This document shows positions 35,750 to 45,408 of a stretch of DNA of 64,000 bases, in pieces. The notes beneath the pieces were generated by a model, which worked only from the letters and a program-made list of their open reading frames with translations, ran no database searches and had not been told where the DNA came from. Position 1 is the first letter of the stretch. Every line of letters starts with the position of its first letter. Location: the IMG/VR virus record IMGVR_UViG_2891339218_000001, positions 8,933 through 72,932 of that record. One strand, written 5' to 3'. The stretch comes from a virus. Lineage: Duplodnaviria; Caudoviricetes. A program made the position numbers and the translations under genes.

Positions 35750-36894
35750 TATGCGGACTCCTTCTGGTTGCCCTGCCAGGCGTTGCGATCACGCTGCAGC
35801 ATGGCTTCATAGGCCTTGCTGGCATCGGTGATGGTGGCCGGGGTGGTGACACCGTCGCGAACAGCGTTGGCGAACGGATCTGGGTTCTTACTCGCTTCCT
35901 CGGCAAGGATGTCGAAGCGCGCGTCGATGTAGGCGTCAGGCTTGCCGGCAATCGCGGCATCACCGAGCTTGGCGGAAACGACCGCCTTGCGGATGGCGGC
36001 GTCGGTCAGGCCTTCGGTCTTGACATCCTTGGCGATCGACTTGGCGACGGTGATCAGATCCGCACGGGCCTGCACCTTGGCATCGAGCGCCTTTTCATCG
36101 AGCACCTTGGCCTTCAGGGCGTCGATCTCGGCGTCCTTCTTGGCGAGTTCAGCGTCCTTCGCCTCGACCTGCTTGCAGGCGTCGTCGATCTGCTTGTCTT
36201 TCGATTTGGCCATGTCGGCAAGCCGCTGCTGCAGCGTTGCGATGACCGTGGCGCCCTGGTCGGTTACTTCGACCGGGATGCCATCGACGGTAACCGTCTT
36301 CAGGGTCATGATCTTTTCCTTTTCGGGTTGCTGATCATTGGTCACAGGGGCCGCGCCCCACGAAATCGCACCGTCGCCGATGCGAGCCTTTGAACCAGCC
36401 CGCGCCCGATCGACGATCGCGAGGTGGTTGATCTTGATGTTGGTCTGGGTGGCGTTGAACGCTTCGCCCTCAGGCGTGACACCGTCGCCGAACACGAGTT
36501 CGCAGGTGTAGCCGGCGGACAGCTCGCGTTTCCCGGTTTCGACTGCCTGGATCGCCGCGGCGTCCTTCAGTATCAGCGGCAGGTGCACCCACTCGCCGTC
36601 CTTCTTGGCGGCCGTGCTGACCTCACCAACGGCGAGCTGCTTCCAGTTGTCGGCCGTGACCGCTTCCGCCGGGTGATCCATCGTCACCGGGGCGTGCGTG
36701 AAACTCTGAAGGCTGGCATCGGCAAAGACCTGATCAGCCGGGCGATAGACCCGCACCACCGACAGCTCCGGCTTGCCGACTTCACTGCCGGCATAAAGCT
36801 GGATGCCGGTGCGAACCGACCGCGCTTCGGCAACGAGGTATCCATCGGCCGTCCGACGCGTGCCGGACACCGCTACAGCGTCGGTGAATTGCAT
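35749..36894 (-). CDS. Prohead protease/scaffold (DUF2213-like)
   Basis: RTGIQLY, PVTMDHP, ELSAGY, NHLAIVDRARAG; coiled-coil C-terminus. Confidence 0.92.
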   Translation of the reverse strand: MQFTDAVAVSGTRRTADGYLVAEARSVRTGIQLYAGSEVGKPELSVVRVYRPADQVFADASLQSFTHAPVTMDHPAEAVTADNWKQLAVGEVSTAAKKDGEWVHLPLILKDAAAIQAVETGKRELSAGYTCELVFGDGVTPEGEAFNATQTNIKINHLAIVDRARAGSKARIGDGAISWGAAPVTNDQQPEKEKIMTLKTVTVDGIPVEVTDQGATVIATLQQRLADMAKSKDKQIDDACKQVEAKDAELAKKDAEIDALKAKVLDEKALDAKVQARADLITVAKSIAKDVKTEGLTDAAIRKAVVSAKLGDAAIAGKPDAYIDARFDILAEEASKNPDPFANAVRDGVTTPATITDASKAYEAMLQRDRNAWQGNQKESA

Positions 36895-36973
36895 GTTGAT
36901 AGTCCTCAGCCGGACTCGACTCTGGGTTGATTTAGCGCTCTTCTAAAGTCGCGTAAGAAAATTGGAGGGTGTA

Positions 36974-37246
36974 ATGGCTAACTACTTTGTTTCTTATGAT
37001 CTGAATGGTCCCAACCCCACACACGCACAAATGGACGCACACCTGAAGAAGCTCGGGCCATGCGTGCATCGCGTTCTCGAAACCGTGTGGTACGTGGGCT
37101 ATGGGGGTACGCTGGAACAGCTTCAGCAGTATGTCGACAAAATACTTTCTCAAAATGACAGTCTCATTGTCATCGCCGCTAGCAATGCTCGTATGAGACA
37201 TCTGCTTGTCCCGAATCAGAGTGTCATAGACTGCTGGAGTAAGTAG
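36974..37246 (+). CDS. Cas2/VapD-like small moron protein
   Basis: MANYFVSYDL...RVLETVWYV...NDSLIVI; GGAGG RBS; AT-rich insert. Confidence 0.6.
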   Translation: MANYFVSYDLNGPNPTHAQMDAHLKKLGPCVHRVLETVWYVGYGGTLEQLQQYVDKILSQNDSLIVIAASNARMRHLLVPNQSVIDCWSK

Positions 37247-37248
37247 TC

Positions 37249-39102
37249 CTAACTCTCTGCGATGCTTTGGGCTGTCCCTTCATAGATTTCAGCAAAGCGC
37301 TCTGGCCCAAGCACGATCTCACCCTGATAGGGCTCGACATCGGCAAGATCAGGGGAACCCGGATCGTAGCTGATGGTGATGTGCGGCTGGTATTCCGGGT
37401 GATCCCATGAAGCGCCCTTGTCGACCATCTCGTCATGGCGCCAGCGGAGCATGTTCGAGTTGAACAGCAGGACGCGAGCCTCGCCGAACCTCTCCATCAG
37501 GCGAGCACCGCCGCGCGGGATCTTGACCTCATCTTCCCATGTCGAGCCCATTTCCATCCAATCGACGGGCGTGCGGCTGAACGTGATGGTGACGTGCAGG
37601 TCATCGGCCGGGAGCGTTGTCTTGAACCCCTGCCCCTTGGCCCATGCAATGATCTCGGCGGCGTTCAGGACGTCACGTCGCACATAGAGCGTGCGCGGCG
37701 CGGCGTCGTTCGCCGCTGCCTGCATGCGCGTCACGTTGTTCGGCTTTGCCGCGGCCTGTGCTGCGGCAGCAGCCGCAAGCTCATCGTCTGACGGCTCCTG
37801 CTCGCTCAGCTTGCCGTATTCCTCGATCGCAGCGTCGAGGCCAGGCAGAACGCCATCCTCGACTAGCCGATTGACGAGAGCGTCGGAAACAGCCTCGCGC
37901 GGGACGATTTCCTGGCCGGCCGTCGTGCCAACGAGCTGGCGAGCGGCGTCGGCCGTGATCTTGAAGATATCGGCCCGCTCCTTCTCGCTCATCTGCTCCA
38001 GAGGAGCCCAGCGATAGTGGACATCGGGGTCAACCACGCCGGCCGATCGCTCGATGCATTCGTCAAGACGGGCCATGGCTGGCTGAAGCTCCAGTTCCTG
38101 CATCGACTGGATGCGGTCGTGGTAATTCTTCATGTCCGACGTGCCGGTCGAGTTCATGCCGGCGGGCGACTGCCCCAAGAGGCGCGTTACCGGAATGTCG
38201 GCAGCACCGGACACGATCTGCATGAAAGCCATGAGGATATCAGTCAGGCCGGCGAGCGATGCGCTCTTGGTGTCATATTCCTCTTCCTTGTCGAGAAGCA
38301 GCGTTCCGTTGATGCCCTTCGACATGTTCGCGAGCGTATAACGCTCAATGATTTTCGAGCGATACACCTCGTTGTTCAATGAAGCCATGAAGTCTGGGAT
38401 GCGGATGACATCGACCTTCGCCTCGAATACGAGGGAGGCGATATTGCCGGCCGTGCTGTCCGCATTCTTGATCGCGTCGAGCGTGGACTGAAGAACGCTG
38501 TCGCCCCAGCCCTGCCAAACGTTCGTCGAGATCTCGTCATCGGCTGGCATCGCGCCAGAGAACAGCACCAGGCGCGATGGGTGGATGACAACCTGCTGCC
38601 CGTTGTTGCCCGAGAGGGTGTAGTCCCTCGGCTTGCCGTACCATTCAGATTCCGGGTTGCGCTCGATCTCGCCTGCACTCAGCTTGCGGCGCGTGATCAC
38701 GTTCAAGTAGCGGATGCCGCCCCTGCCGATCCGCTCAACGTCCAGAGGCTTCGCCGCGTCGGCATCGCCCGTGCCGATGTAAAGCGCCGCGCCGCCGAAG
38801 AGCCGGGCCTTTTTCATGGCCTCCAGCACCTTACCCTTGACGTTCAGGCGCTTCTCTTCATCCTCGATCGCCTCAATCTGCGGCTTCTTCGCCTGCCAGC
38901 CGCGCCACTTGCGGCAGGCGTCGAGCGCCGGAATGTCCACGATCTTCCGCGGCAGCCATGCAGTGCTGTAGGCGGCGATCAGTTGATCGTCCGTCATCAC
39001 CGTATGAGCGTAGAAGGTCGTCGCGGCCTTGTCTCGGTCGGTTCCCATGCGGGACACCAGGCTCGTGAGGCTATCACGAGCGAAGGCGAGAATGTTCCCC
39101 AT
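37249..39102 (-). CDS. Portal protein (DUF1073-like) fused to C-terminal Acb1-like 2H phosphoesterase
   Basis: IVDIPA.DA.R.W, IHPSR, ADIPVTRLLGQSPAG; after an Ala-rich linker TLYV...LHVTITFSR...YQPHITISY. Confidence 0.9.
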   Translation of the reverse strand: MGNILAFARDSLTSLVSRMGTDRDKAATTFYAHTVMTDDQLIAAYSTAWLPRKIVDIPALDACRKWRGWQAKKPQIEAIEDEEKRLNVKGKVLEAMKKARLFGGAALYIGTGDADAAKPLDVERIGRGGIRYLNVITRRKLSAGEIERNPESEWYGKPRDYTLSGNNGQQVVIHPSRLVLFSGAMPADDEISTNVWQGWGDSVLQSTLDAIKNADSTAGNIASLVFEAKVDVIRIPDFMASLNNEVYRSKIIERYTLANMSKGINGTLLLDKEEEYDTKSASLAGLTDILMAFMQIVSGAADIPVTRLLGQSPAGMNSTGTSDMKNYHDRIQSMQELELQPAMARLDECIERSAGVVDPDVHYRWAPLEQMSEKERADIFKITADAARQLVGTTAGQEIVPREAVSDALVNRLVEDGVLPGLDAAIEEYGKLSEQEPSDDELAAAAAAQAAAKPNNVTRMQAAANDAAPRTLYVRRDVLNAAEIIAWAKGQGFKTTLPADDLHVTITFSRTPVDWMEMGSTWEDEVKIPRGGARLMERFGEARVLLFNSNMLRWRHDEMVDKGASWDHPEYQPHITISYDPGSPDLADVEPYQGEIVLGPERFAEIYEGTAQSIAES

Positions 39103-39110
39103 CGGCTTCC

Positions 39111-40442
39111 TCAAAGGTTGTCGAGCGAGAAGGTGGAACCCCCAAGCATCAATTCTGTCAGCGCCCAGACAAGTGCGTCGGCTCGGTCAGGCGAACCTTC
39201 CCCGAGATAGCCAGAGGGCGTGAAATTGCACATCTGGTCCTCAAGATCGGGAAAGTCCCCGACGTGATGAACCCTACCCTGTTCATAAAGTGCGCTGATC
39301 GGCTCGGCTCGGACGGCCTTACCGCGGCTTGCGACCACTTCCTTGAAAGCCGCTTTCTTGTCAGCGGTGGAGACGGTGAATCTAACCATGTCGCCGCCGA
39401 AGTTACGCTCGCCGATTATCCGATGCGCTTCATGTCGGTGGTAGAGATCGACGGCTCGTCGTCCCCAGCCTTCGGGCGACATCTGGCACGTCCCGTCCTC
39501 GATCACATATCCGTGCCCATCTATGCCGAGTCCCGCGACGACGATGCCGATATCGTCCCCGGCGCCGTCTCCCCGTGTACCTGACGGGTCTACGGATACG
39601 ACGATGCGGCGCATTTCTGGCAACGAGGCAACGCGCAGGCTGTCTATGCCCGGCATCGTCTTGCCGTCAGGCGCCTTGCGATCCTCCAGCGCCCAAAGTG
39701 CGCCGCTGACATCGCTCGCCCATTCGCCTGCCTCAAAGCGCAACCGCTTGGCTGCTGACATCGATGCGAGGACGTCGAAGTATTCCGCCGGCAGGTTATC
39801 GACGTTGTCTGCAGGGTTGACCTGCATCTCGACGTAGTCTTCAGGCTTGGCCAGCACCTCCTTGGTGCCTGGCTTCATCTTGGCCCGGAACATCTGGTAG
39901 CTCCAATGGAGCTTCGATGGCGGGTTGCAGTCGAAGTATGCCTTCAGCGTAAGGAACGCGCGGCCAGTGGCCAAAGCGATCGCCGGCGCCAGTTTGCATT
40001 TCTGGGCCAGACGAGACATTGCCGTCTCGACTGACGCCCATGGGATCTGGCTGCTCTCGTTGAAATAGAGAGTGGCATACTCCTGGCCGAGGATCTTCTC
40101 GACCCTCTCCTTGTCATCGAGGCCCCCGATCCAGATTTCGGAATCGTTGGGCAACTCGACATAGAAATCCGTCTTGTCGAACCTTACCTTAAGTGACGGG
40201 AAGCAGAGCGATAGGACCTTTGGCAGCGTATCGGACCAGACCGAGGTCTTGGCGTGGTTGAAACGGAAGCGGAAGATGACATGGCGAGAACCTGGCGCGT
40301 TGATGGCTCGCTGAATTAGCGCACGCACCAGAACGAACGTCTTGCCAGAGCGAGACCCGCCCCTGAGCATGATGTTGCGGGCCGGGCCGGCCAGCAGACG
40401 GTTAGCCTCTCGCTGCTTCTCCGTAAGCTTTGCTGGTTCCAT
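39111..40442 (-). CDS. terL: Terminase large subunit (helper)
   Basis: RGGSRSGKT, YFNESSQ, DCNP, VSVDPS, SPDRADALVWA. Confidence 0.95.
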   Translation of the reverse strand: MEPAKLTEKQREANRLLAGPARNIMLRGGSRSGKTFVLVRALIQRAINAPGSRHVIFRFRFNHAKTSVWSDTLPKVLSLCFPSLKVRFDKTDFYVELPNDSEIWIGGLDDKERVEKILGQEYATLYFNESSQIPWASVETAMSRLAQKCKLAPAIALATGRAFLTLKAYFDCNPPSKLHWSYQMFRAKMKPGTKEVLAKPEDYVEMQVNPADNVDNLPAEYFDVLASMSAAKRLRFEAGEWASDVSGALWALEDRKAPDGKTMPGIDSLRVASLPEMRRIVVSVDPSGTRGDGAGDDIGIVVAGLGIDGHGYVIEDGTCQMSPEGWGRRAVDLYHRHEAHRIIGERNFGGDMVRFTVSTADKKAAFKEVVASRGKAVRAEPISALYEQGRVHHVGDFPDLEDQMCNFTPSGYLGEGSPDRADALVWALTELMLGGSTFSLDNL

Positions 40443-40445
40443 GCA

Positions 40446-40853
40446 TCACAGATTGGCATCCTCTGCCAAGACGCTGATTGCGATCGGCGATCCGTTGGGG
40501 CCGGAGTGCTCGACAGACGCCAGCTTGGCGTGAACGTAGGGCGCGGCGTCTCGGGCGGCATCCTGCGCCATCTGGCGAAGCCCGGCTGTCTTCTTCACCT
40601 CAGCGAGGAGAAACTTGAACTGCTGCTCGGGCGTGGCGTCACTCGGCACCTTGTCGGAGAACTCCTCGGCCGTGAGTCCTTCCAGAGTTGCTTCGGCGTC
40701 GAGTGCCACCTGCTGGAAGTGCCGCATGTTTTCGAGCATCACATCGAGCGGCGACATGCCTGTGGCAAGCGAACGCTCGGCCACCTCTCTGGTGCGCTGT
40801 GTGAGAGCCCCGGCCGGGCGGCCAGCGCCGTCACGTTTACCGCCACGGGCCAT
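40446..40853 (-). CDS. terS: Terminase small subunit (helper)
   Basis: RGGKRDGAGRP, AAPYVHAKL; upstream of terL. Confidence 0.8.
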   Translation of the reverse strand: MARGGKRDGAGRPAGALTQRTREVAERSLATGMSPLDVMLENMRHFQQVALDAEATLEGLTAEEFSDKVPSDATPEQQFKFLLAEVKKTAGLRQMAQDAARDAAPYVHAKLASVEHSGPNGSPIAISVLAEDANL

Positions 40854-40945
40854 TTTGATTTCCTTTGATTAAATTCAAAGATTGCGCGAACTTCTCATGC
40901 CGGGCATTTTTCAGGACTGGCATGGGCTAACCTTGGGAGGGCAGG

Positions 40946-41119
40946 ATGGACGACGTGCCGCCGTTCGTGATTGGCGTAGAGAAAGAACAGGCGCACTGGG
41001 TAGTGATTGTGGAAGAGCGCAATCAACCTGAGCGCAAGCACCGCTTTGTGAGGGAAGAGGCTGCGCATCAAAGGGCGCGCGAGGAAAGTGCGCGGCTTTC
41101 AGAAAAATACTCTGGCTGA
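40946..41119 (+). CDS. Small hypothetical protein (57 aa)
   Basis: Read by eye: GGGAGG RBS, MDDVPPFVIGVEKE... Confidence 0.5.
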   Translation: MDDVPPFVIGVEKEQAHWVVIVEERNQPERKHRFVREEAAHQRAREESARLSEKYSG

Positions 41120-41162
41120 GAAGCCGGACGTAAGCCCGGCTCTCGTTTCGGGTATGCGGGGA

Positions 41163-41483
41163 TTAGCAGATACTTCGGGCTGACAGGGCGGACGAGAATT
41201 CCGCCTTCCCGAGATCAAGCATGGCGTTGTGGCTCTCGAAGCCGCTGGGCTCGCCCGCGGAGAGCAACATCGTACCGTGAGAGATGCCGGACACATCAAA
41301 GCGGCTGGCCCAGTACGGACGATAGGCCGGGAGGTAGCGATCGACGAAAACCGTCCTGGTGACCGCGACGCCGTCGATCTCTGTCACCCTCGCCTGAATG
41401 CGCTTCCACTGGTCGGCATCCGGAGTGCCAGCCATGCCTTCGGTGAAGCCTTCAAACCATGCTTTGAATTCGGAGAGGGTCAT
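41163..41483 (-). CDS. Hypothetical phage protein (106 aa)
   Basis: AAGGA RBS; MTLSEFKAWFEGF. Confidence 0.7.
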   Translation of the reverse strand: MTLSEFKAWFEGFTEGMAGTPDADQWKRIQARVTEIDGVAVTRTVFVDRYLPAYRPYWASRFDVSGISHGTMLLSAGEPSGFESHNAMLDLGKAEFSSALSARSIC

Positions 41484-41526
41484 GTCCTGGTTCCTTTCTG
41501 CTGGGGTGGAGGGTTAGGCGGGAAGA

Positions 41527-41763
41527 TCAGCGGGGCAAAGGTCCTTGCTCGGACGGATAGGAAGTCTCGCCAAAGCGCCAGAAGCCGAGAAACCATGAGA
41601 GCCTGAAAGAGACGCCATACCACCGCGCGATCTGGTGATCTGTGTAGTTGTTCAGGCCCTCAGTCTTGCTGGCCTTGTTGAGGAGACTTCCTGTGTACGC
41701 TCTCAGCTTGGTCGGATGGCTCGGCTCACCCTTATGGAGCCTGAAGCCGAGGAAGCCGCTCAT
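41527..41763 (-). CDS. Hypothetical protein (78 aa)
   Basis: GGAGA RBS. Confidence 0.5.
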   Translation of the reverse strand: MSGFLGFRLHKGEPSHPTKLRAYTGSLLNKASKTEGLNNYTDHQIARWYGVSFRLSWFLGFWRFGETSYPSEQGPLPR

Positions 41764-41844
41764 CGCTCTCTCCTGAAATGAGAAACCCGCCAACGGGTGA
41801 CAGACCGGGGCGGGCTCTCTGGCGCTTCACCCGCAGAGGTGAAC

Positions 41845-41921
41845 TGGTTGCGGTGGCAGGATTTGAACCTGCGGCCTCCAGCTTATGAGGCTGGCGAGCT
41901 ACCGGACTGCTCTACACCGAC
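41845..41921 (-). tRNA. tRNA with CAT anticodon (Met-like, atypical acceptor stem)
   Basis: D arm GAGC-agtccggta-GCTC, anticodon arm CCAGC-ctCATaa-GCTGG, T arm GCAGG-ttcaaat-CCTGC, encoded CCA. Confidence 0.85.
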
Positions 41922-42047
41922 AGAAAATTGGCAATAGTTTTCCACGGCGGGGCGCGGTGAAAATCGCCCCGTGGCCCGGCGTGTATTCCCTCGTTAATCG
42001 AGGTCCGCGATCAGAACAGCCACAAATCACCAAAGATTGCAGTAACA

Positions 42048-42707
42048 TTAAGCGACTTCTTCGATCTCCGCAAGAGTCTCGGCGGCTTGAAGCTTGTCCA
42101 ACCTGTCGATAAGTGCCCTCACCTGCGATTGGGCGCCTTCGCTCATGCGATCAATGACGACATCGGCCCAGTCGCGAAGCGGGACAGTGCGGACGCGCCC
42201 CTTCGGCAGGATCTTCTTGAGTTGACCGCGAAGCTGCTCACTGCGCTTGAAGCGGCGGTTCTCCATCTCCTGCCAGCCGGCTTGCTGCTCCGCCTGGGCG
42301 GTGTCGAATTCCGCCAACATGAGCTTTGCGATCAGGCTCTCCGGGAACTGCACCGGCCCGGAAAGACGTGACGCCGACAGCATGCAGACAACGCCCTCGA
42401 CACCACGCACCTTTTCGAACTCAAGTTCCGGCAGGTGAACGAAAGCGTATCCGACGAGGAACGGGATACGGCGCTCGATCATCTTGTTGGTGCGGTGGTG
42501 CTTCAGACGCAGCCATGACGCCGGCATATAGACGTCGATACCCTTCTGCCTAAGCTGGCGCTCGATGATGCTCTCGCCCTTCCGGCGCTCGGCGGCTTCC
42601 TTCTCCTTTTCAGTCGCGTTCGCTGCAATCGGCAGCGGCCGTGCCATTCGCTGCGTTCCTGGCTTGGTGCGGACAGCGTACCAACGTTCATTGCTTGCCA
42701 TGGTCAT
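42048..42707 (-). CDS. NusG-family (NGN domain) late antiterminator
   Basis: WYAVRTKP, VYMP, PFLVGYAFV, VRGVEGV. Confidence 0.88.
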   Translation of the reverse strand: MTMASNERWYAVRTKPGTQRMARPLPIAANATEKEKEAAERRKGESIIERQLRQKGIDVYMPASWLRLKHHRTNKMIERRIPFLVGYAFVHLPELEFEKVRGVEGVVCMLSASRLSGPVQFPESLIAKLMLAEFDTAQAEQQAGWQEMENRRFKRSEQLRGQLKKILPKGRVRTVPLRDWADVVIDRMSEGAQSQVRALIDRLDKLQAAETLAEIEEVA

Positions 42708-42727
42708 GTTCCTCGTGTTGCCGCCGT

Positions 42728-42892
42728 TCAGTCTTGCCGCTCGATAAGTTCTGCGATGTACGATGCGAAAAGAGCCATGAAGAGAATTGGAATGAGCATC
42801 CGGGCGCGCTCCTGATCGCCCGCCAGCTTGTCCAAGACGGCGACGGTGCCAACACCCCAAAACCAAAGATCGATCTTCTTGCTCGTCTTCAT
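42728..42892 (-). CDS. Small membrane protein (54 aa)
   Basis: Read by eye: MKTSKKIDLWFWGVG...LIPILFMALFASYI. Confidence 0.45.
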   Translation of the reverse strand: MKTSKKIDLWFWGVGTVAVLDKLAGDQERARMLIPILFMALFASYIAELIERQD

Positions 42893-42894
42893 CC

Positions 42895-43167
42895 TCACCC
42901 CTCCTTGCCGTTGAGGGAGACGTCGAGCATGGCGCGCCCTTGGCTGGTGAGGCCGTAGCCAGCGCCATGGGGCTCTCCGTCATCGGTCCACGACGTTCGA
43001 TAGAATTTCGCCAGCCCCTTGCGTGCGAGACCTCGAACGGCGCGGCGAACCTTCTTGTGATCTAACTCAGCGCGCTTGGCGACAGTCGAGAAACTGATCA
43101 CGTCAAAGTCAGGCTCGGTCTCCCGCCACGCTGAGAATGCCTTGGCCTCATATCCTACGAGTTTCAT
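42895..43167 (-). CDS. Winged-helix hypothetical protein
   Basis: VRRAVRGLARKGL...YGLTSQG. Confidence 0.65.
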   Translation of the reverse strand: MKLVGYEAKAFSAWRETEPDFDVISFSTVAKRAELDHKKVRRAVRGLARKGLAKFYRTSWTDDGEPHGAGYGLTSQGRAMLDVSLNGKEG

Positions 43168-43742
43168 GCCGCATGCCTCCTTAGATCGTTCGACGCCCGC
43201 TGCTCGGATATCGTGCCCTTGCCGACGCTGCGAAGCTGGTGATGGTCGCAATAGGTTCCGGTGGCCGGATGCCCGCAGAACTGGATATCGGCCTTGCTGC
43301 CGGTGATCGGCCAGCGGCATTCGGTGGCGTCGAGCTCGAAAAGGCGCTTGAGCGTGGCCGTGGCGTCGTAGGCCTTCGCCTCTGACGGTTCGGGGGCCTT
43401 GCGCTCTTTCGGGGCCCGTGGCGGCGCGGCGGCGCGCTCTGCCTCGCGTTGGAGCCTGGCAAGCCGGCGTCGTTCCCGCTTAGCATTGTTCTCGCGGTGG
43501 CGACGGTCGGTCAGACGTTCATGGCTGCGCTTCGTCTCACCCCAGCCGCGCAGCGGGTATTCAGCTAGTTCCGAACGATTCCTGGCATAGATGCCCATGA
43601 TCACCATGCGTGAAAGCTGCTCGTGCGTTCGGGCCGCGACGGCGTTTGCGATGTCGAGCGCCGACATGCCGGGGGCATAGAGTTCCTTGATCAGCTCGAT
43701 ACGGGCGGTGGTCTTCTCGGTGCGCCGGACGTGGATGTTCAT
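43164..43742 (-). CDS. GcrA-family regulator
   Basis: N-terminal HTH (GMSALDIA...SRMVIMG); LFELDATECRWPI...FCG...YCDHH. Confidence 0.85.
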   Translation of the reverse strand: MNIHVRRTEKTTARIELIKELYAPGMSALDIANAVAARTHEQLSRMVIMGIYARNRSELAEYPLRGWGETKRSHERLTDRRHRENNAKRERRRLARLQREAERAAAPPRAPKERKAPEPSEAKAYDATATLKRLFELDATECRWPITGSKADIQFCGHPATGTYCDHHQLRSVGKGTISEQRASNDLRRHAA

Positions 43743-44380
43743 GACCGTTTTCCCTTCACAAGGCGGGTTTCGGGAAGCTTCGAGACGTGCGGGCGGCGAA
43801 CGCGTAGCTTGTCCATCTCGGCCTTGGTTTCGGGCGATGTACCGATATGCGATCGGCCGGTGACCGGCAGCGGAGCGCCCGCCTTGGCGGCGGCGAGCAT
43901 GACGCGAACGCGAGCCCGAACGGCTGGATCGGCGCGCTCGACGGCGAGCGCCGCGCGACGGGCCTCGTCCTCGGCGCGCTCAAACAGGCGCTCGGCTTCG
44001 TTGCGCAAGCCGTTTTTCTCGCCGATGAATGGCGCGATGATCGACCTGGCATGCCGCGCAAACTCGGCGCAGGTCGGCATGAACTGGCCGGTGTGGTTCG
44101 CGACGCGGCCGGCTAGGAAGTCGTTCGTCGCTTCGGAGACAGCCCATTCCGGCAGGTCGCCGCAAGCCGTTTTGAACTCTCGGGCGAAATCCGCCATCTC
44201 GACATCCGGCTGGGGGCGAAGCTGGCCGCGCAAGCGAACTGCAGCATCCCGCAGTGCTCCGGTGTCGCAGCGCCGTAGCAGCATGTCGATTTCTCCGACG
44301 CGCGCCGCGATCTCCCTCGCCCGTCGGCGGTACCGCTCGGGAAGGCGCTCGAAGATGTCAGCAGGGACGAGATCAGCCAT
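43739..44380 (-). CDS. Replication-associated protein (helicase loader-like)
   Basis: DLPEWAV...FMPTCAEF; follows initiator. Confidence 0.5.
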   Translation of the reverse strand: MADLVPADIFERLPERYRRRAREIAARVGEIDMLLRRCDTGALRDAAVRLRGQLRPQPDVEMADFAREFKTACGDLPEWAVSEATNDFLAGRVANHTGQFMPTCAEFARHARSIIAPFIGEKNGLRNEAERLFERAEDEARRAALAVERADPAVRARVRVMLAAAKAGAPLPVTGRSHIGTSPETKAEMDKLRVRRPHVSKLPETRLVKGKRS

Positions 44381-44900
44381 CGATGAAAGCCTCCTTCAGT
44401 TCGATGATGTCGGATTTTTTTTGCGCGCCAGCGCTGGAAGAAAAATTGCCTAATTTTTCTGACTGGCTCTTAGCTCTTGGCTTATGGGGCTTATCCTCCC
44501 CCATATGCCAACCCTTATCCGACGCGGAATTTCCCGAAGGATTTGAAAGGGTTGGGTTGCCGCCCTTTTTGCCGTTATTCCGCGCCGTAGCGGCTTTGCG
44601 CGCGTCCCGGATCATTCTCCGGGAGTAGATGCGGCCTTGCCGATCACGGGAGAACACGCCGTTTCGTTCCAGCTCGCCCAACAGGGAAGAGATCTCGGAT
44701 TCCTGGCGCCCGGTCAAAAGAGCGAGCCCGGTTTCATCGAGACCCTTGCCTGCTACCGCGACGTAGCCGATCGGGTCATGTGCTGCCGCAATGCAGAGCA
44801 TGCGCATCCAGAGGCCTTGCGCCGCGAAGGAGCTAAGGCGAACGGCATGATCGGTCTCCCAATCCTGCCAGAAGAATTTGGACCAGATGACGCCGCTCAT
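44373..44900 (-). CDS. Replication initiator (helper)
   Basis: WSKFFWQDW..D, AQGLWMRMLC, IYSRRM.RD, GKKGGNP. Confidence 0.8.
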   Translation of the reverse strand: MSGVIWSKFFWQDWETDHAVRLSSFAAQGLWMRMLCIAAAHDPIGYVAVAGKGLDETGLALLTGRQESEISSLLGELERNGVFSRDRQGRIYSRRMIRDARKAATARNNGKKGGNPTLSNPSGNSASDKGWHMGEDKPHKPRAKSQSEKLGNFSSSAGAQKKSDIIELKEAFIDG

Positions 44901-45196
44901 GGGGCTACCCCACGCGCGACGGATTGGGAGAATGCAACCGCGTCATCAACGCTGTGAAGGCTGAACACGGGAGAGCCACGCCAGTCGTCAGCGAATGACT
45001 GCTGGTTGGCGTTCAGGCCTTTGCCATATCCCTTGGTGCCGGTTTTGACCTCGACGAGGTAATTCCGGCCGCGGAACCCGCAGAGGAGATCAACGGGCTT
45101 GTCGAGGCGGTACACGCTGAAGCCAACACGCTCCAGAACGGCGATAATCGCCGGCTCTGATTCATCTCGCTTCGCGTTGTGGCGGGGCATGCTCAT
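44897..45196 (-). CDS. VRR-NUC / PD-(D/E)xK nuclease
   Basis: AKRD.SE, PVDLL.G, LVEVK. Confidence 0.8.
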   Translation of the reverse strand: MSMPRHNAKRDESEPAIIAVLERVGFSVYRLDKPVDLLCGFRGRNYLVEVKTGTKGYGKGLNANQQSFADDWRGSPVFSLHSVDDAVAFSQSVARGVAP

Positions 45197-45408
45197 CTTG
45201 CCGCCCTCTCCTTGTCGCGGGCGGACTGCTGGTGCTCACGGTGCCAGCCGTTGAAAGCCCGATAGGCTGCTCGGGCCTCACTCAGCGCGCTGTAAATCTC
45301 GCCCTCGGTGCGGCCCATGATCTGGGCTATCTCGAGAGTGTCGTGCTCGCCGTCTCGGCCGCTGAACAGCCTGCCTATTTTGAGGAGCTCGCTATTGGTG
45401 AAGGTCAT
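45193..45408 (-). CDS. Small HTH-like protein
   Basis: DTLEIAQIMGRTEGEIY. Confidence 0.6.
   Translation of the reverse strand: MTFTNSELLKIGRLFSGRDGEHDTLEIAQIMGRTEGEIYSALSEARAAYRAFNGWHREHQQSARDKERAAR

Noticed and set aside
36974-37246. CRISPR-Cas locus suggested by the Cas2-like ORF
   Set aside because: No repeat-spacer array or other cas genes seen
41845-41921. tRNA as an integration site or prophage boundary
   Set aside because: Phage genes continue on both sides and I saw no duplicated 3' tRNA fragment
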